A stretch of DNA of 64,000 nt. Source: a virus. Its lineage: Duplodnaviria; Caudoviricetes. The translations under genes were made by a program, and so were the position numbers. Below the pieces are notes generated by a model. That model was not told the DNA's origin and did not search any database. It saw only the letters and a program-made list of their open reading frames with translations. The stretch spans positions 45,776-109,775 of the IMG/VR virus record IMGVR_UViG_3300027672_001612. One strand, written 5' to 3'. Below, piece by piece: positions 31,226 to 40,289 of this stretch (its first letter is position 1; each line of letters starts with the position of its first letter).

Positions 31226-34200
31226 ATGGCGAACATTAAAAACTTTGGTATCAAAGGTGTAGCCGCAGATATTCAATTTGGTAAGGGCGGAGGGTTCATG
31301 GTATATGACAAATCCAATAACAAATTCCAAGTTAAAGATTCTGGTAGTAGTTTAGAAGATATTGAATTTGCAACCGTACTGGCGGGTACGTGGGCAGGAA
31401 CGGCAATATCAGTTGCTAAAGGCGGAACAGGATTAACAACTGTTGCAACTGGCAAAATTCTTTACACTACAGGCACCGACACATTTGGTCAAACAGATAT
31501 ATCAGCAACAGGTATTTCACTATTAGGTAGTGCAGATGCGGCGGCTGGTAGAACAGCATTGGGATTAGGCAACGTAGCAACCCAGGCAAACACAGCAGTA
31601 GACATCGACGGTGGTGCTATTGACGGAACAGTAATCGGCGCAAACGCGGCGGCGGCAGGTAGTTTCAGTACTATCAATGCATCAGGAAATATTACTGGCG
31701 CATTAGTTGGCAACGCATCAACAGCCACAACATTAGCAACAGCAAGAACAATTGGTGGAGTATCATTTAATGGTTCTGCGGCAATCAACTTGCCAGGCGT
31801 TAACGCAGTTGGTTCTCAGAATACAACAGGATCAGCGGCATCGTTAACAACTGGAAGAACAGTATCCGCAACTGGCGATATTGCATGGACATCAGCGGCG
31901 TTTGATGGTACTGGTGCAGTAACAGGCGCGGCAACTTTAGCAACAGTTAACAGTGACGTAGGAACAGCAGGTAGTACTACTTCTATTCCAGTTATCACAG
32001 TTAATGCTAAGGGATTAGTAACAGCAGTATCAACGGCTTCAATCGCAACATCATTTAATATTGCGGCTGACACTGGAACTGCTAACGCATTAGACGGTGG
32101 AGAAACACTTTCTATATTAGGTACAACAAACGAAATCGACACAATAGTTACAGCAAATCAAATCCAAGTTGGATTGGTTGCTAACCCAACTATTGGCGGT
32201 AACTTAACTGTTTCTGGAAACTTAACTGTTTCTGGTACTAGAACAGACGTTAACGTAACAAACATGGCTGTAGAAGATTCACTAGTTGCTTATGCTACTG
32301 GTAACTCTTCAGACGCAGTTGATATTGGTTTCTTTGGTAAGTTCAACGACGGATCAAATGATTTAGCAACTGGTTTATTCAGAGATGCGAACGATGGTAA
32401 ATACCACTTGTTCACTAGCTCACAGGAAACTATCTCAGGTAACGTAGTAGACAAAGCGGCAACAGGTTATGCTGTAGCTTCTTTGAAAGCAAATACAGAA
32501 GGAACACATACTGGTGCAGTAATTGGTAACGTAACTGGTGATACATCAGGAAGTGCTGGAACTGTAACAAGTATTGCAAGTCACGTAATTGATTCAGATT
32601 CTATGGCAGGTGCTTCGGCAACTAACGTAGCTTCAGCAGAATCAACTAAAGCATACGTCGACGCTACAGTAGGTGCTATTAGTACAGTACTAAGTGTTGG
32701 CGCAGACAGTGGTTCAGATGACGGAGTTACAGTTGGAACAGACACATTAAACTTTAATGGTACAGCAAATGAAATTGAAACAACAGTTAGCGACAACGCT
32801 ATTACTGTTGGATTAGTTAACTCACCAACAGTAAGTGGTACAATGACAGCGGCAACATTCGCTGGTAACTTAACTGGTGACGTAACTGGTACAGCTTCAT
32901 TGGCAACATTAGCCGCTGATGCAACAACATTAGCAACCGCAAGAGCAATAGGTGGAGTATCGTTTGACGGTTCTGCAGATATTAACTTGCCAGGTGTTAA
33001 TGCCGCAGGTAACCAAGCAACAAGTGGTCAAGCAGGAACAGTAGCAACTATTGCCGCTTTCGTACTTGACGAAGATAACTTTGCAACGAACAGTGCAACT
33101 TTAGTACCTTCACAACAATCTGTTAAAGCATATACTGATGCGGCTATAGCCACAGCAGTTTCGGCTTCAGACTTAGACTTCACAGCAGACAGCGGTGGTG
33201 CTTTAAGTATAGACTTAGATAGTGAAACATTAACTATTGCAGGTGGTACAGGTCTTTCAACTGCTGGTGCTGGTAACGGCGTAACAGTTAGTTTAGACGC
33301 TACGGCAGTAACCGCAGGATCATATGGTAGTACAACTGCTATTCCTGTTATTACAGTAGATGCACAAGGTAGATTGACATCGGCTTCAACAGCCGCTATT
33401 AGTACTGCTTGGACACTTACAGGTGATACTGGAACTCAAACTGTTAACGGTGGAGACACAGTTGACATAGCAGGTGGAACTAATATTACTACAGTAGCTA
33501 GTGCAACTGACACATTGACAGTTAATCTAGATTCTAACGTAACTGGTTTAACATCTTTGGGTGCAACAACAGTAACAGGTACAACAGTAACAGATGGCAC
33601 GTTTAGTGTTAATAGTGGTGCTATAACAGGCGCAACTAGTATTGGTGCAGTTGACTTAGTATTATCCGGTAACTTAACTGTTAACGGTACTACAACAAGT
33701 GTTTCATCAACTAACACTACAATCTCAGATACATTGATTGAATTACAATCAGGACTAGCTGGCGGAAACAGTAGTGATATTGGTATTGTACTAGAACGTG
33801 GTAGTACTGGTGATAACGGCTTTATGGGTTGGGACGAGAGCGAAGACAAATTTGCTTTTGCAACAACTACAGCAACAGGTACAGCCACTGGCGACTTAAC
33901 ACTTGCAGATGCAGGTATTAAAGTTAGTGACGTATTAGCTTCTGGAACTGTTACATTCGCAAGTTTAAGCGATGGAGCAATTACAATAGCATCCTTCCAA
34001 ACTACACTTACAGATAGTGACACTATTGTTCCTACCTCAGGTGCTGTTAAGGATTATGTTGATTCACAAGTAGCCGCAGTAGATGATACTGTCTTAAGAG
34101 CTTCCTTTACAGCTAACTCTTCAGCAAGTTCATTCAACATTGGCGTTATGCCTAACACATCTGGTAGAACTTATACTGGATCAAAACTTACTCTTAAAGT

Positions 34201-34444
34201 TGCTACTGGTTTTACTGGTAACGGCGTTGATGGTATTGTTGTTAACGACGGAAGTAATGACTTAATGGCAGTGGTTCAAAATGATCCAACTGTTACTGGT
34301 CTTTATGTTGTTGATTTAGGCGCAGAAACTATAGCCGGCGGAGCAACTATTAGTTGTTCATTCAAGCAGTCAGACGGAACAACAGCTTCCGTACCAACTG
34401 CTGGTGCGGTAACGGCGACTGTTGAATATCAGTTCTTTACATAA
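31226..34444 (+). CDS. Long fibre-like virion protein with internal duplications
   Basis: ATTLATAR.IGGVSF.GSA.INLPGVN twice; GSTT.IPVITV.A.G twice; late promoter at 31124; terminator follows. Confidence 0.8.
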   Translation: MANIKNFGIKGVAADIQFGKGGGFMVYDKSNNKFQVKDSGSSLEDIEFATVLAGTWAGTAISVAKGGTGLTTVATGKILYTTGTDTFGQTDISATGISLLGSADAAAGRTALGLGNVATQANTAVDIDGGAIDGTVIGANAAAAGSFSTINASGNITGALVGNASTATTLATARTIGGVSFNGSAAINLPGVNAVGSQNTTGSAASLTTGRTVSATGDIAWTSAAFDGTGAVTGAATLATVNSDVGTAGSTTSIPVITVNAKGLVTAVSTASIATSFNIAADTGTANALDGGETLSILGTTNEIDTIVTANQIQVGLVANPTIGGNLTVSGNLTVSGTRTDVNVTNMAVEDSLVAYATGNSSDAVDIGFFGKFNDGSNDLATGLFRDANDGKYHLFTSSQETISGNVVDKAATGYAVASLKANTEGTHTGAVIGNVTGDTSGSAGTVTSIASHVIDSDSMAGASATNVASAESTKAYVDATVGAISTVLSVGADSGSDDGVTVGTDTLNFNGTANEIETTVSDNAITVGLVNSPTVSGTMTAATFAGNLTGDVTGTASLATLAADATTLATARAIGGVSFDGSADINLPGVNAAGNQATSGQAGTVATIAAFVLDEDNFATNSATLVPSQQSVKAYTDAAIATAVSASDLDFTADSGGALSIDLDSETLTIAGGTGLSTAGAGNGVTVSLDATAVTAGSYGSTTAIPVITVDAQGRLTSASTAAISTAWTLTGDTGTQTVNGGDTVDIAGGTNITTVASATDTLTVNLDSNVTGLTSLGATTVTGTTVTDGTFSVNSGAITGATSIGAVDLVLSGNLTVNGTTTSVSSTNTTISDTLIELQSGLAGGNSSDIGIVLERGSTGDNGFMGWDESEDKFAFATTTATGTATGDLTLADAGIKVSDVLASGTVTFASLSDGAITIASFQTTLTDSDTIVPTSGAVKDYVDSQVAAVDDTVLRASFTANSSASSFNIGVMPNTSGRTYTGSKLTLKVATGFTGNGVDGIVVNDGSNDLMAVVQNDPTVTGLYVVDLGAETIAGGATISCSFKQSDGTTASVPTAGAVTATVEYQFFT

Positions 34445-34466
34445 GAAGTAGATAGAGAAACAAATT

Positions 34467-34494
34467 AAAAGCACACTTAGGTGTGCTTTTTTTT
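34467..34494 (+). terminator. Intrinsic terminator
   Basis: AAAAGCACAC-TTAG-GTGTGCTTTTTTTT. Confidence 0.9.
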
Positions 34495-34538
34495 GGATAA
34501 AACTTGACATCAAGCAGAAATAGTCGTATACTATACGC

Positions 34539-34841
34539 ATGACTAAAGACAAAGACGGCGACGGTAACGAGCCAATAGACAACGTAGTAAAGTTTCCTTC
34601 AAAACCAAAGAAGGCGGACAACGACACTCATTACGAAATTACTATTGAGAGTTTTAGCCCTGAAGAGTTACACACCAGAATGTCAGATATCGACGATTCA
34701 TACGAAGCATGTTTTCACTATGCGAAAGCAATTGAATACACCATGCATAATTTCACCACAGACCTAGACCTAAACCAGCTTCAGGCCCTAGAAATCAAGT
34801 TAAAAGAGATATTTTTGGAGTTTGCTCCAGAAAAAGGTTGA
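34539..34841 (+). CDS. Hypothetical protein (leaderless)
   Basis: TTGACA 34504-17-TATACT; ATG 7 nt after the -10. Confidence 0.6.
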   Translation: MTKDKDGDGNEPIDNVVKFPSKPKKADNDTHYEITIESFSPEELHTRMSDIDDSYEACFHYAKAIEYTMHNFTTDLDLNQLQALEIKLKEIFLEFAPEKG

Positions 34842-34866
34842 CATTGGTACCGGATTTTAGTATAAT
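34838..34866 (+). promoter_or_regulatory. Consensus sigma70 early promoter
   Basis: AAAGG-TTGACA-17-TATAAT. Confidence 0.85.
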
Positions 34867-34913
34867 ATATGCATAGGTTGAGAAAACAAACATACATTTC
34901 GTAGGAGTAATAT

Positions 34914-36008
34914 ATGGAAACATTAACAGTAAGACCCAGTCAGACAAAGAACATTGTAAACAGAGCCTTTTTGGCGAAGAGACCAATATTCATGTGGGGT
35001 GCACCAGGAATTGGTAAATCTGAACTAATAGAGGGTATTGTAAAGGACATGCCCGGTAACAATTTAATGATTGATATGCGTCTAGCATTAATGGAGCCAA
35101 CTGACCTTAGAGGTTATCCGTTCCGTAATGCAGAAACAAATCAAATGGAGTGGGCGCCACCGGCAGACCTTCCTAGCATGGAGCAGTCAGAACTGTACGA
35201 CACGATTGTATTGTTCTTAGATGAGTTGAACTCAGCTCCTCCAAGTGTACAAGCGGCGGCATACCAGTTAGTCCTTAATGGTCGAATTGGTCAGTACGTT
35301 ATGCCAAGCAATGTAAGAATTGTAGCGGCTGGTAACAGAGAGACTGATAGAGGTGTTACTTATAGAATGCCTAGTCCGTTAGCAAACAGATTCCGTCATA
35401 TTAACATGGACATTAACTTCGAAGATTGGAGTGTTTGGGCTGTTAATAATAAGATACACCAAGATGTTGTTGGGTACTTAACATACAGTAAAGCAGATTT
35501 ATTTGACTTTGATCCTAAGACATCAAGTCAGTCATTTGCTACACCACGTAGTTGGTCTTTCGTAAGCGAAATACTAGAAACTGAAGGGTTTGAGTTTGCT
35601 CCTGACTTTGAGCAGAAGGCAGAAATTGCTGGAGCAGTTGGAGAAGGCATGGCTATTAAGTTTTGTGAACATAGAAAGGTTGCTTCAAAGCTACCTAACC
35701 CAGAAGATGTATTAACTGGTAAAGTTAAGACCCTTAAGGTAAAAGAGAAGTCAGCTCAGTACTCATTCGCAATTGGATTATGCTACGAACTAGCCGCTCT
35801 TAATAAAGCGGACGACGAAGCGGCATTTGACAAAGGTGTTGATTACTTCTTTGACTTTATAATGGAGAACTTTGAACCTGAGTTGGTTATCTTTAGTGCT
35901 AAGAGTGTTCTTAGTGACCACGACATAGATATTAAGCCTAGAAAACTCCAAGGCAAGAAGGAGTTTAAGGAACGGTACTGGAAGTACTTGTTCCCCGCTA
36001 CGGTATAG
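34914..36008 (+). CDS. MoxR-type AAA+ ATPase
   Basis: WGAPGIGKS, DLRGYP, LFLDELN, VAAGN, LANRF, TPRSW. Confidence 0.9.
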   Translation: METLTVRPSQTKNIVNRAFLAKRPIFMWGAPGIGKSELIEGIVKDMPGNNLMIDMRLALMEPTDLRGYPFRNAETNQMEWAPPADLPSMEQSELYDTIVLFLDELNSAPPSVQAAAYQLVLNGRIGQYVMPSNVRIVAAGNRETDRGVTYRMPSPLANRFRHINMDINFEDWSVWAVNNKIHQDVVGYLTYSKADLFDFDPKTSSQSFATPRSWSFVSEILETEGFEFAPDFEQKAEIAGAVGEGMAIKFCEHRKVASKLPNPEDVLTGKVKTLKVKEKSAQYSFAIGLCYELAALNKADDEAAFDKGVDYFFDFIMENFEPELVIFSAKSVLSDHDIDIKPRKLQGKKEFKERYWKYLFPATV

Positions 36009-36015
36009 GACAAAA

Positions 36016-36097
36016 AAAACTGTTGCTGTATCCTACAACGGTACTTGGTTATACTCGTACCGTACGTTACTCCTACAACCTAACAGCAAAAAGTTTT
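36016..36097 (+). ncRNA. Candidate 3'UTR-derived sRNA with two anti-SD motifs
   Basis: Nested stems framing TCCTACAAC at 36031 and 36071. Confidence 0.55.
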
Positions 36098-36125
36098 ACC
36101 CTGCTCACAAGGCGGGGTTTTTTTT
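36098..36125 (+). terminator. Intrinsic terminator
   Basis: CCCTGCT-CACAA-GGCGGGG followed by T8. Confidence 0.8.
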
Positions 36126-36135
36126 GATTAAAAGG

Positions 36136-36164
36136 TTGACTATGGGGTACTTTGGTAGTATAAT
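36136..36164 (+). promoter_or_regulatory. Sigma70 early promoter
   Basis: AAAGG-TTGACT-17-TATAAT-AGTTGTATATTAAG, same extended context as 42003. Confidence 0.85.
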
Positions 36165-36199
36165 AGTTGTATATTAAGTAGAAATTGTAGGAGGTTTTT

Positions 36200-37537
36200 A
36201 TGTCATTTAAAACAGATACATTAGCAGTGAAAGGACCAAAGATAACAGGAACACCAAGCGATACAGCTCACAAGGCTATTGCTACTATTCCTGAATCCAA
36301 GCTCACAGATAAAGAAGTTGAAGATAGACTTATATCAACTCGTATTAACATGTTACTACAATGTCCGTTCTACGGAAACTTAGCATGTCGTTTAGAATTT
36401 AAAGACGCTAGTGAATGGTGTCCAACTGCCGCAACAGACGGCAAGTACTTCTACTACAATAAAGATTTTATATCAGCACTAACTATTCCAAACTTAGTTT
36501 TCCTTTGGGGACACGAAGTAGAGCATTGTGTTTACGATCACTTTGGTAGACGAGGTGACCGTAATCCAATGCTTTGGAACATTGCTAATGACTATGTAGT
36601 AAACATGGATTTAGTAGAAGGTAACATTGGTGAGAGAATTACACTAGTTGAGATACTGTTTGATTACAAGTATCGTAACTGGATGAGTGAAGAAGTATAT
36701 GCTGACTTGTTCAAGCAAATGGAAGAAGACGGCAAAGATTTTGAAGATGGAACTACACTTGATGTTCACTTAGATATGGAAGATGGTGAAGACGAAGGTA
36801 GTGGTCCAGGTATGGAAGGTAACGTTAATGACGGAACCAAAGGTCCAGTAAGATATACAGAAGACGAAAAACGTAGTATTAAAGAAGCATTTAAGAATGC
36901 TACGGTACAGGCGGCACGTTCGGCTGGCGCTGGTAACTTACCTAGTGGCATTAAACGTCTTGTAGATGATCTAATTAATCCACAACTTAGTTGGAAAGAG
37001 TTACTACCACAGCAAATCCAAAGTGTAATGAGAAGTGACTATAGTTACAATCAGTGTTCACGTAAAGGAATGGACAGTGGCATTTGGTTGCCAGGCATGG
37101 ACAGAGAAGAGACTATAGATATCGCAGTTGGTATTGACACATCAGGATCAATGAGCGATGAGATGCTTAGAGATATCCTTAGCGAAACAAAAGGTGTTAT
37201 GGATCAATACAGCGACTTCCGTATACACTTGTTCTGCTTTGATACTGAAGTACATAATCCACAAGTGTTCACTGAGCATAACATGGAAGAGTTTATGGAG
37301 TACGAGCCAGGCGGCGGCGGCGGTACTGACTTTGATTGTTGTTTCGATTGGTTCAAAGAAGAAGGCATAGTGCCTAAGAAGTTCGTAATGTTTACAGATG
37401 GTTACCCTTGGAACAGTTGGGGCGATGAGAACTACTGTGATACATTGTTTATTGTGCATGGCGGAGGCTATGGCGGGCAGACACCTGTTGCACCTTTCGG
37501 CATAACTGTACCTTACAATAGAGATGAAGTAGCATGA
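36200..37537 (+). CDS. Metallopeptidase-like plus vWA protein (DUF2201-type), MoxR partner
   Basis: TAATDG, HEVEH (HExxH), WNIAND, DTSGS MIDAS, GGGGTDF, FTDG. Confidence 0.88.
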   Translation: MSFKTDTLAVKGPKITGTPSDTAHKAIATIPESKLTDKEVEDRLISTRINMLLQCPFYGNLACRLEFKDASEWCPTAATDGKYFYYNKDFISALTIPNLVFLWGHEVEHCVYDHFGRRGDRNPMLWNIANDYVVNMDLVEGNIGERITLVEILFDYKYRNWMSEEVYADLFKQMEEDGKDFEDGTTLDVHLDMEDGEDEGSGPGMEGNVNDGTKGPVRYTEDEKRSIKEAFKNATVQAARSAGAGNLPSGIKRLVDDLINPQLSWKELLPQQIQSVMRSDYSYNQCSRKGMDSGIWLPGMDREETIDIAVGIDTSGSMSDEMLRDILSETKGVMDQYSDFRIHLFCFDTEVHNPQVFTEHNMEEFMEYEPGGGGGTDFDCCFDWFKEEGIVPKKFVMFTDGYPWNSWGDENYCDTLFIVHGGGYGGQTPVAPFGITVPYNRDEVA

Positions 37538-37836
37538 CATCAGTATATAAGTTTACAAAGTTCCATAGGCTAACTCAAGACGAGTTTGTATTATTGAGAG
37601 GCACAGAGTTGGCAGAGAAGATGTTAACTAATAAATGGTTTACTGACTGCAAAGAAGTATTAGATTTATTAGATGCCCACGCCACCGGGACATGGTGTGC
37701 TGTACCTTATCAAGATGGTTACCTATTATACCTATCAAGTGTCGGAGACATCATACTAGCCAAGCAGTATGTGGAACCAGGATCAGACCCTGCTCCAACA
37801 ATACAAGGTATAAATATTGGGTATGAGCATTCCTAA
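37534..37836 (+). CDS. Hypothetical protein
   Basis: ATGA overlap. Confidence 0.55.
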   Translation: MTSVYKFTKFHRLTQDEFVLLRGTELAEKMLTNKWFTDCKEVLDLLDAHATGTWCAVPYQDGYLLYLSSVGDIILAKQYVEPGSDPAPTIQGINIGYEHS

Positions 37837-38890
37837 ACCAATATGGTCCTGCAACGAGTGGGACACCTTAAAAGAAATTATAATCGGAACGGCAATAGAT
37901 GCCAACATACCTGATAATGATTTGAGCCACCATGCTACTAACTATGCTAACTTAACTCCAGAAGAGTATGCACAACTGCCCAAGGGACGATACCCTGAGC
38001 ATGTATACGAAGAGGCAGAAGAGGACTTAGATGCATTAGTTACTGTACTAGAACAAGCAGACGTTAAGGTTCACAGACCTGATACAAGCGTCATAGACTT
38101 CGCTAGTACTGTGAGCAATGGCTTATGGGAATCAACACAATACGAAGCATACTGTCCACGCGATAGTGTAACTGTTATAGGTGATACTATAATAGAAGGT
38201 GCTATGAGTTTACGAGCAAGGTACCATGAGACATTCTTGTTCAACAAACTATTCAAAGAGAAGAGTATGCAAGGTGCTAGATGGCTTCCAATGCCTAAGC
38301 CCATGCTACAAGATGACTTGTATAAGTTACAGCCAGGCAGAGACCCAAGTGTAAATAACAACGAGCCTATCTTAGATCCTGCTAACTTGATTAGATGTGG
38401 GTACGACATACTGTATTTGATATCTAATACAGGTAACGAGCAAGGTGCTAAATGGCTACAGAACACACTCGGAGACGCATTTAAAGTTCATATGATGCAC
38501 GATCTTTATAGCTGGGCTCATGTAGACAGTACTATTATGCCGTTACGTCCTGGGCTTGTAGTGTTAAATGCTAGTAGAGTAGACAAGGATAAAGTCCCTG
38601 AGCTATTCAAAACATGGGATAAGATCTGGTACACAGAAGAGATGTGTGTTGGACAGCCATGCTTAGAAGACTATGCTCCAGCAAGTGAATGGATAGGTAT
38701 GAACACATTAAGCATTGATCCTAACACGGTTATCGTACCAAGCGAAGAAACGCACTTAATGAGTGCAATGGAGAAGCATGGGATAACTCCAGTTCCAGTA
38801 CAGATGCGCCATATGAGGACATTAGCTGGTGGACCGCATTGTGTAAGCACTGATTTAGTGCGAGAAGGCACCCTAGAATCGTATAAATAA
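37823..38890 (+). CDS. Arginine-dependent amidinotransferase (glycine/inosamine-phosphate type)
   Basis: NEWDTLKEIIIG, CPRD, DPAN, HVDST, GGPHC catalytic Cys. Confidence 0.9.
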   Translation: MSIPKPIWSCNEWDTLKEIIIGTAIDANIPDNDLSHHATNYANLTPEEYAQLPKGRYPEHVYEEAEEDLDALVTVLEQADVKVHRPDTSVIDFASTVSNGLWESTQYEAYCPRDSVTVIGDTIIEGAMSLRARYHETFLFNKLFKEKSMQGARWLPMPKPMLQDDLYKLQPGRDPSVNNNEPILDPANLIRCGYDILYLISNTGNEQGAKWLQNTLGDAFKVHMMHDLYSWAHVDSTIMPLRPGLVVLNASRVDKDKVPELFKTWDKIWYTEEMCVGQPCLEDYAPASEWIGMNTLSIDPNTVIVPSEETHLMSAMEKHGITPVPVQMRHMRTLAGGPHCVSTDLVREGTLESYK

Positions 38891-38958
38891 CACTTGACAT
38901 CCACCATGGAATTTGCTATAATAGTTATATAAAGTAAGAGGTTAAGGGGATATATACA

Positions 38959-39684
38959 GTGGGATTTTTAGTCGTAGGAGACATACATAACGAGATCGAG
39001 CAGATGACAGCAGTCGTCGATTTTGCTACGAGTAAGGACTTGGACTTGATATTTGTTGGCGATTTAGTTGACTATGGTTCTAACCCAGCTGAAGTTATCA
39101 AACTTGCTAACTCATTACCCAACGCACAATTCATAGAAGGCAATCACGATAACAAAATACATAGGTACACTAAAGGTAACGATGTAGTTATTGGTGAGAA
39201 CCAGCAAGGTACGGTTGATGCATTAGAAGACCCTGAAGTATTAACTGCCTGGACTGAATTGTATAACAAAATGACTTCTTTCGTTTCAATTGGAGACACT
39301 TTCATTACTCACGCAGGATTTAGTGGAGAGTTTTGGGAAGGTGTTGATAACAAGAAAGTTAGGAAGACATTTATGTTCGGTGAGATAGATAAGAACTTGC
39401 CATTCATAGAAAGATTCGGACAACTATACCCACACAGAAGCTACGGCTGGACTGGATCAATACCTAAAGGCAAAACTGTTATAGTCGGACACGATAGAAG
39501 TCCATTTCAGGAAGAGCCTGCGTTTGATTCAAACATAAACAAAGTTGTAGTTAGTGAAAACGAGCAAGGTGGTACTGTGATATTTACAGACACAGGTGCT
39601 GGTAAGGGTGGATTTGTTAGTGGAGTTGTCATAGACGATAGCGGAGTTGTACAAGACTTCGTATCATTTGAAGATGAAGCTTGA
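38959..39684 (+). CDS. Calcineurin-like metallophosphoesterase (Pnkp/PrpE/ApaH-like)
   Basis: GDIH, GDLVD.G, GNHD, HAG, VGH, DTG; promoter at 38894-38922. Confidence 0.88.
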   Translation: MGFLVVGDIHNEIEQMTAVVDFATSKDLDLIFVGDLVDYGSNPAEVIKLANSLPNAQFIEGNHDNKIHRYTKGNDVVIGENQQGTVDALEDPEVLTAWTELYNKMTSFVSIGDTFITHAGFSGEFWEGVDNKKVRKTFMFGEIDKNLPFIERFGQLYPHRSYGWTGSIPKGKTVIVGHDRSPFQEEPAFDSNINKVVVSENEQGGTVIFTDTGAGKGGFVSGVVIDDSGVVQDFVSFEDEA

Positions 39685-39883
39685 CCTACATGGCGTCCGT
39701 CATGCCGAAGCAGACCTTACGGTCGAAAACTTTATACTAGTAAATCAAACCAACGTACCATTAACAATAGTTTGTGGTAACAGTAACATAATGATAGACA
39801 TTGTGAACAAAGTTATAGAGAGAATTGGGTGCGAACATACTGTAATGGACCGCTATGGTATCATTGTGGTAAGAAAGGTATAA
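39674..39883 (+). CDS. Stand-alone Smr-like domain
   Basis: KLDLHG ... TIVCGNS. Confidence 0.55.
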   Translation: MKLDLHGVRHAEADLTVENFILVNQTNVPLTIVCGNSNIMIDIVNKVIERIGCEHTVMDRYGIIVVRKV

Positions 39884-39973
39884 AAACTAACCAATTAATC
39901 GTAATTAAATACTCACTTATCTATAAATATTGCTGTACAAACATTATTACATACACAAATAGGAGCAGTAAAA

Positions 39974-40288
39974 ATGGCAAAAGCAGAAAGTAAGGTAGCT
40001 GAAGAAGTAGTTGAGCAAACAGCAACAGCTAACCCAGAAGTAAACGCAGGCGATGAAGCAGTAGTGGAAAGTATTTCACTAGTTGACTTAAACAGCTTGG
40101 CACAAATTATTGACCTCGCATCTACAAGAGGTGCATTCAGAGGCGGAGAATTAGAACCAGTCGGCGCATTGTTTAATAAATTAACAAAATTCTTAGGATC
40201 AGTTAAAGATGCTCAAGATGCCGCACAACAGGAAACAGCAGACGGAACTGGCGCAGAAGCACCAGCAGAAGCACCTGCAGGAGAATAA
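39974..40288 (+). CDS. Hypothetical phage protein
   Basis: AGGAG RBS; IIDLASTRGAFRGGEL; TATAAATA at 39922. Confidence 0.7.
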   Translation: MAKAESKVAEEVVEQTATANPEVNAGDEAVVESISLVDLNSLAQIIDLASTRGAFRGGELEPVGALFNKLTKFLGSVKDAQDAAQQETADGTGAEAPAEAPAGE

Positions 40289-40289
40289 C

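Noticed and set aside
26139-32237. Short tandem repeats (18-nt units at ~26139 and ~32200; GGAACA(A/G)AC at ~27852)
   Set aside because: In-frame peptide repeats of fibre proteins, not regulatory arrays
10418-34023. Many antisense ORFs of 60-195 aa inside the fibre, clpA and other long genes
   Set aside because: Shadow frames produced by codon bias of the real genes; no RBS or motifs
37823-38890. Amidinotransferase as the archaeosine (G+) synthase for the dpdA pathway
   Set aside because: G+ synthases are ArcS, QueF-like or Gat-QueC, which are different folds; the gene is 13 kb away and no queC is in the window
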